A program made the translations under genes and the position numbers. A DNA stretch of 19,253 bases from NCBI GenBank assembly GCA_033762915.1, contig JANRLD010000034.1:1-19253 (forward strand). The letters are read 5' to 3'. Positions 17,001 to 19,253 of this stretch are shown here, piece by piece. Every line of letters begins with the position of its first letter. The stretch's first letter is position 1. The stretch comes from Meiothermus sp. (GTDB taxonomy: Bacteria; Deinococcota; Deinococci; Deinococcales; Thermaceae). The notes below the pieces were generated by a model. The model saw only the letters and a list, made by a program, of their open reading frames with translations, ran no database searches and was not told the DNA's origin.

Positions 17001-18425
17001 ATGGCACTATCCAAGCGAACCAAAATCGTAGCCACCCTCGGTCCCGCCTCCACCGACCCGCAGACCATCCGGGCCTTGATCCAGGCGGGGGTGAACGTCT
17101 TCCGCCTCAATTTCTCCCATGGCAATCCCGACGACCACCGGGGTCGCCTCGAGATGATCCGCGCCGCCAGCAGCGAGCTGGGCGTGACGGTAGGGGTCTT
17201 GCAAGACCTCCAAGGCCCCAAGATCCGCTGCGGCCGCTTCAAAGAGGGCGCGGTGGAATTGCAGGTGGGGCAGAAGTTCACCATCACCTCCGACCCGGTA
17301 GAAGGGGACGAGAACCGGGTCTCTACCACCTACCGCGGCATGCCCAACGACGTCGAGGCAGGGCAGATGCTGCTGCTCGACGACGGCAACATCCGCCTCA
17401 GGATCGATGAGGTGCGCGGCAACGACATCAACACCACCGTGGTGATCGGCGGGCGGCTCTCCAACAACAAGGGCATCAACATCCCCGGCGCCGACCTTTC
17501 GATCCCCGCCCTGACCGATAAGGACGTCGAGGACCTAGCCTTCGGGGCGCAGATCGGGGTGGACTGGGTGGCGATCAGCTTCGTTCGCAGCCGCGACGAC
17601 CTGCTGCTGGCCCGCCACTACCTCAACCGTCACAACAGCCGCGCCCGCCTGATGGCCAAGATCGAGAAGCCCAGCGCGGTGGCCCGCTTCGACGAGATCC
17701 TCGAGGAGGCCGACGGGGTGATGGTGGCCCGCGGCGACCTGGGCGTGGAGATGCCCCTGGAGCAGGTGCCGGCCGTGCAAAAGCGCATCATCCTTAAGGC
17801 GGTGCAGGCCGGCAAGGCGGTGATCACCGCCACGCAGATGCTCGAGAGCATGATCAAGAACCCCGGCCCTACCCGCGCCGAGGCCTCCGACGTGGCCAAC
17901 GCCATTTTCGACGGCACCGATGCCATCATGCTCTCCGCCGAGACCGCCTCGGGGATGTACCCGGTGGAGGCAGTCTCCTTCATGACCCGCGTGGCCCAAA
18001 ACGTCGAGGGCACCCCGGAGTACCACGACCGCCTCAACGCCCTACGCCCGACCGCCAACCGCACCGTGCAGGATTCCATCGCGCTGGCAGTAGACGAGGT
18101 GGTGCAGTCGGTGGGGGCCAGGGCAGTAGTGGTCTTCACCTCGACCGGCGGTGCCGCCCGCCGGGTGGCCCGCTTCCGCCCCCCGGTGCCCATCCTGGCC
18201 TGCACCCCCAACCCCCACGTGACCTGCCAGTTGGCCCTGGTCTCGGGCGTGCTGCCCATCGACGCGCCCGACCCCAAGGATACCGACGACATGGTGAAGA
18301 TCGCCCTTGAGAAGGCCAAGGAGACCGGCCTGGCCGCGCCCGGCGAGTACGTGGTGATCGCGGCGGGCGTGCCCTTCGGGGTGCGCGGCACGACCAACAT
18401 GCTGCGGGTGGAGCGGGTGAGCTGA
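17001..18425 (+). CDS. pyk: Pyruvate kinase
   Basis: TKIVATLGP, RLNFSHG, DLQGPKIR, MVARGDLGVE, ATQMLESM, PTRAE.SDVANA and MLS.ETA.G.YP motifs. Confidence 0.99.
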   Translation: MALSKRTKIVATLGPASTDPQTIRALIQAGVNVFRLNFSHGNPDDHRGRLEMIRAASSELGVTVGVLQDLQGPKIRCGRFKEGAVELQVGQKFTITSDPVEGDENRVSTTYRGMPNDVEAGQMLLLDDGNIRLRIDEVRGNDINTTVVIGGRLSNNKGINIPGADLSIPALTDKDVEDLAFGAQIGVDWVAISFVRSRDDLLLARHYLNRHNSRARLMAKIEKPSAVARFDEILEEADGVMVARGDLGVEMPLEQVPAVQKRIILKAVQAGKAVITATQMLESMIKNPGPTRAEASDVANAIFDGTDAIMLSAETASGMYPVEAVSFMTRVAQNVEGTPEYHDRLNALRPTANRTVQDSIALAVDEVVQSVGARAVVVFTSTGGAARRVARFRPPVPILACTPNPHVTCQLALVSGVLPIDAPDPKDTDDMVKIALEKAKETGLAAPGEYVVIAAGVPFGVRGTTNMLRVERVS

Positions 18426-18489
18426 GGGGCGAGCCACGAGGCAACGGACGGACGCCTGATCGCCGAGAGCCCGAAGCCGAGGCTTGACC

Positions 18490-18522
18490 AAGACCCCTCC
18501 CGAAGTCGGGAGGGGTTTTCTT
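18490..18522 (+). terminator. Intrinsic terminator of eno-pyk
   Basis: ACCCCTCCCGA-ag-TCGGGAGGGGT followed by TTTCTT. Confidence 0.85.
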
Positions 18523-18620
18523 GCGCGAGGGTGCTGGCTGAAGGTGTCGGTGGCAGTGTTGGGCCGCCCAGGCTCGGCCGTAATGCCCCGGTAACTCCAG
18601 CCCTCTAGGCTCTTGCCGGC

Positions 18621-19253
18621 ATGACCTATCAGCAGACCGAGGACTTCAAGCGGGTTGTGTTGAAAATCCGGCGGCCGGTGCTGCTGGGGGTGGGCTCGAG
18701 CCTCTTTGTGGTCTCGCTGCTGCTGGCCCGCAACGCGACCATCGAGGGGCTGTGGTTCGGTCTGATGGGTGGGGTTTTCGTCGGGCCGGTGGCGCACTAC
18801 CTGCTGGGTAAGGTGCTGATCCCGCTGGGGTTCGGGCGGGTCTGGTGCGGCTGGGCCTGCTGGACTGCGGCGGTGCTTGACCAGTTGCCCTACCGGCAGA
18901 GCCCCAACCATCTCGGCGCGGCCTGGGGGAGGTGGCGGTACGCAGTCTTCTTTGGAAGCTTGGTGTTGGTGCTGGGGCTGTGGTTCGCACTGGGGTATCG
19001 GGCCGGGGCGATCGGGCAGGATGCCGCGTACTGGTTCGTGGTCGGCAACTTGGTGTACTGGGCGGTCGGCATTGTCCTGGCTGTGGTGCTCGAGGACAAC
19101 CGGGCCTTCTGCAAGTACCTCTGCCCGAACCCGGTGATCTTCAAACAAACGGCGCGGCTCTCGCTGCTGAAGGTGGCGGGCGACGCCGGGGCCTGTGAAT
19201 CTTGCGCCTCGCAGGCCTGCATCCCGGTCTGCCCGATGGACATCCAGATCCCC
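18621..19253 (+). CDS. Membrane 4Fe-4S-binding protein (NapH/polyferredoxin-like), cut by the window end
   Basis: Absent from the ORF track because there is no stop in the window. My translation from ATG 18621 gives hydrophobic segments plus GRVWCGWACW, RAFCKYLCP and CESCASQACIPVCPMDI. Confidence 0.88.
   Translation, partial: MTYQQTEDFKRVVLKIRRPVLLGVGSSLFVVSLLLARNATIEGLWFGLMGGVFVGPVAHYLLGKVLIPLGFGRVWCGWACWTAAVLDQLPYRQSPNHLGAAWGRWRYAVFFGSLVLVLGLWFALGYRAGAIGQDAAYWFVVGNLVYWAVGIVLAVVLEDNRAFCKYLCPNPVIFKQTARLSLLKVAGDAGACESCASQACIPVCPMDIQIP

Overview
This is the chromosomal replication-origin region of a GC-rich Deinococcota bacterium, most likely Thermaceae (Meiothermus-like); the taxonomy is inferred from protein sequences, gene order and the parS sequence. 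Gene order: deoD, CYTH protein, YceH/DUF480, cold-shock protein, small Cse60/DUF2758-like protein, glycerophosphodiester phosphodiesterase, Pro-rich membrane protein, comEA-comEC, parB-parA-rsmG-(parS)-mnmG on the minus strand, then dnaA-(oriC)-dnaN-eno-pyk and a membrane 4Fe-4S protein cut by the window end. I see no transposase, phage, CRISPR array, rRNA or tRNA. The proteins are ordinary; the unusual signals are in the DNA. (1) A 27-bp hairpin with a CTCGA duplication sits in frame in mnmG, in a window where CTCGAG is strongly over-represented (about 57 copies by manual count). This suggests a very small mobile element targeting a HIP1-like palindrome. (2) There are 19 AATT sites in about 575 bp of oriC, suggesting a Dam/SeqA-like methylation control on a different motif. 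(3) The oriC has a B. subtilis-type DnaA-trio unwinding module. (4) A second, degenerate parS lies inside rsmG, and codon drift surrounds parS. (5) G-quadruplex-type motifs bracket dnaA and oriC. All counts are manual and should be re-run computationally.
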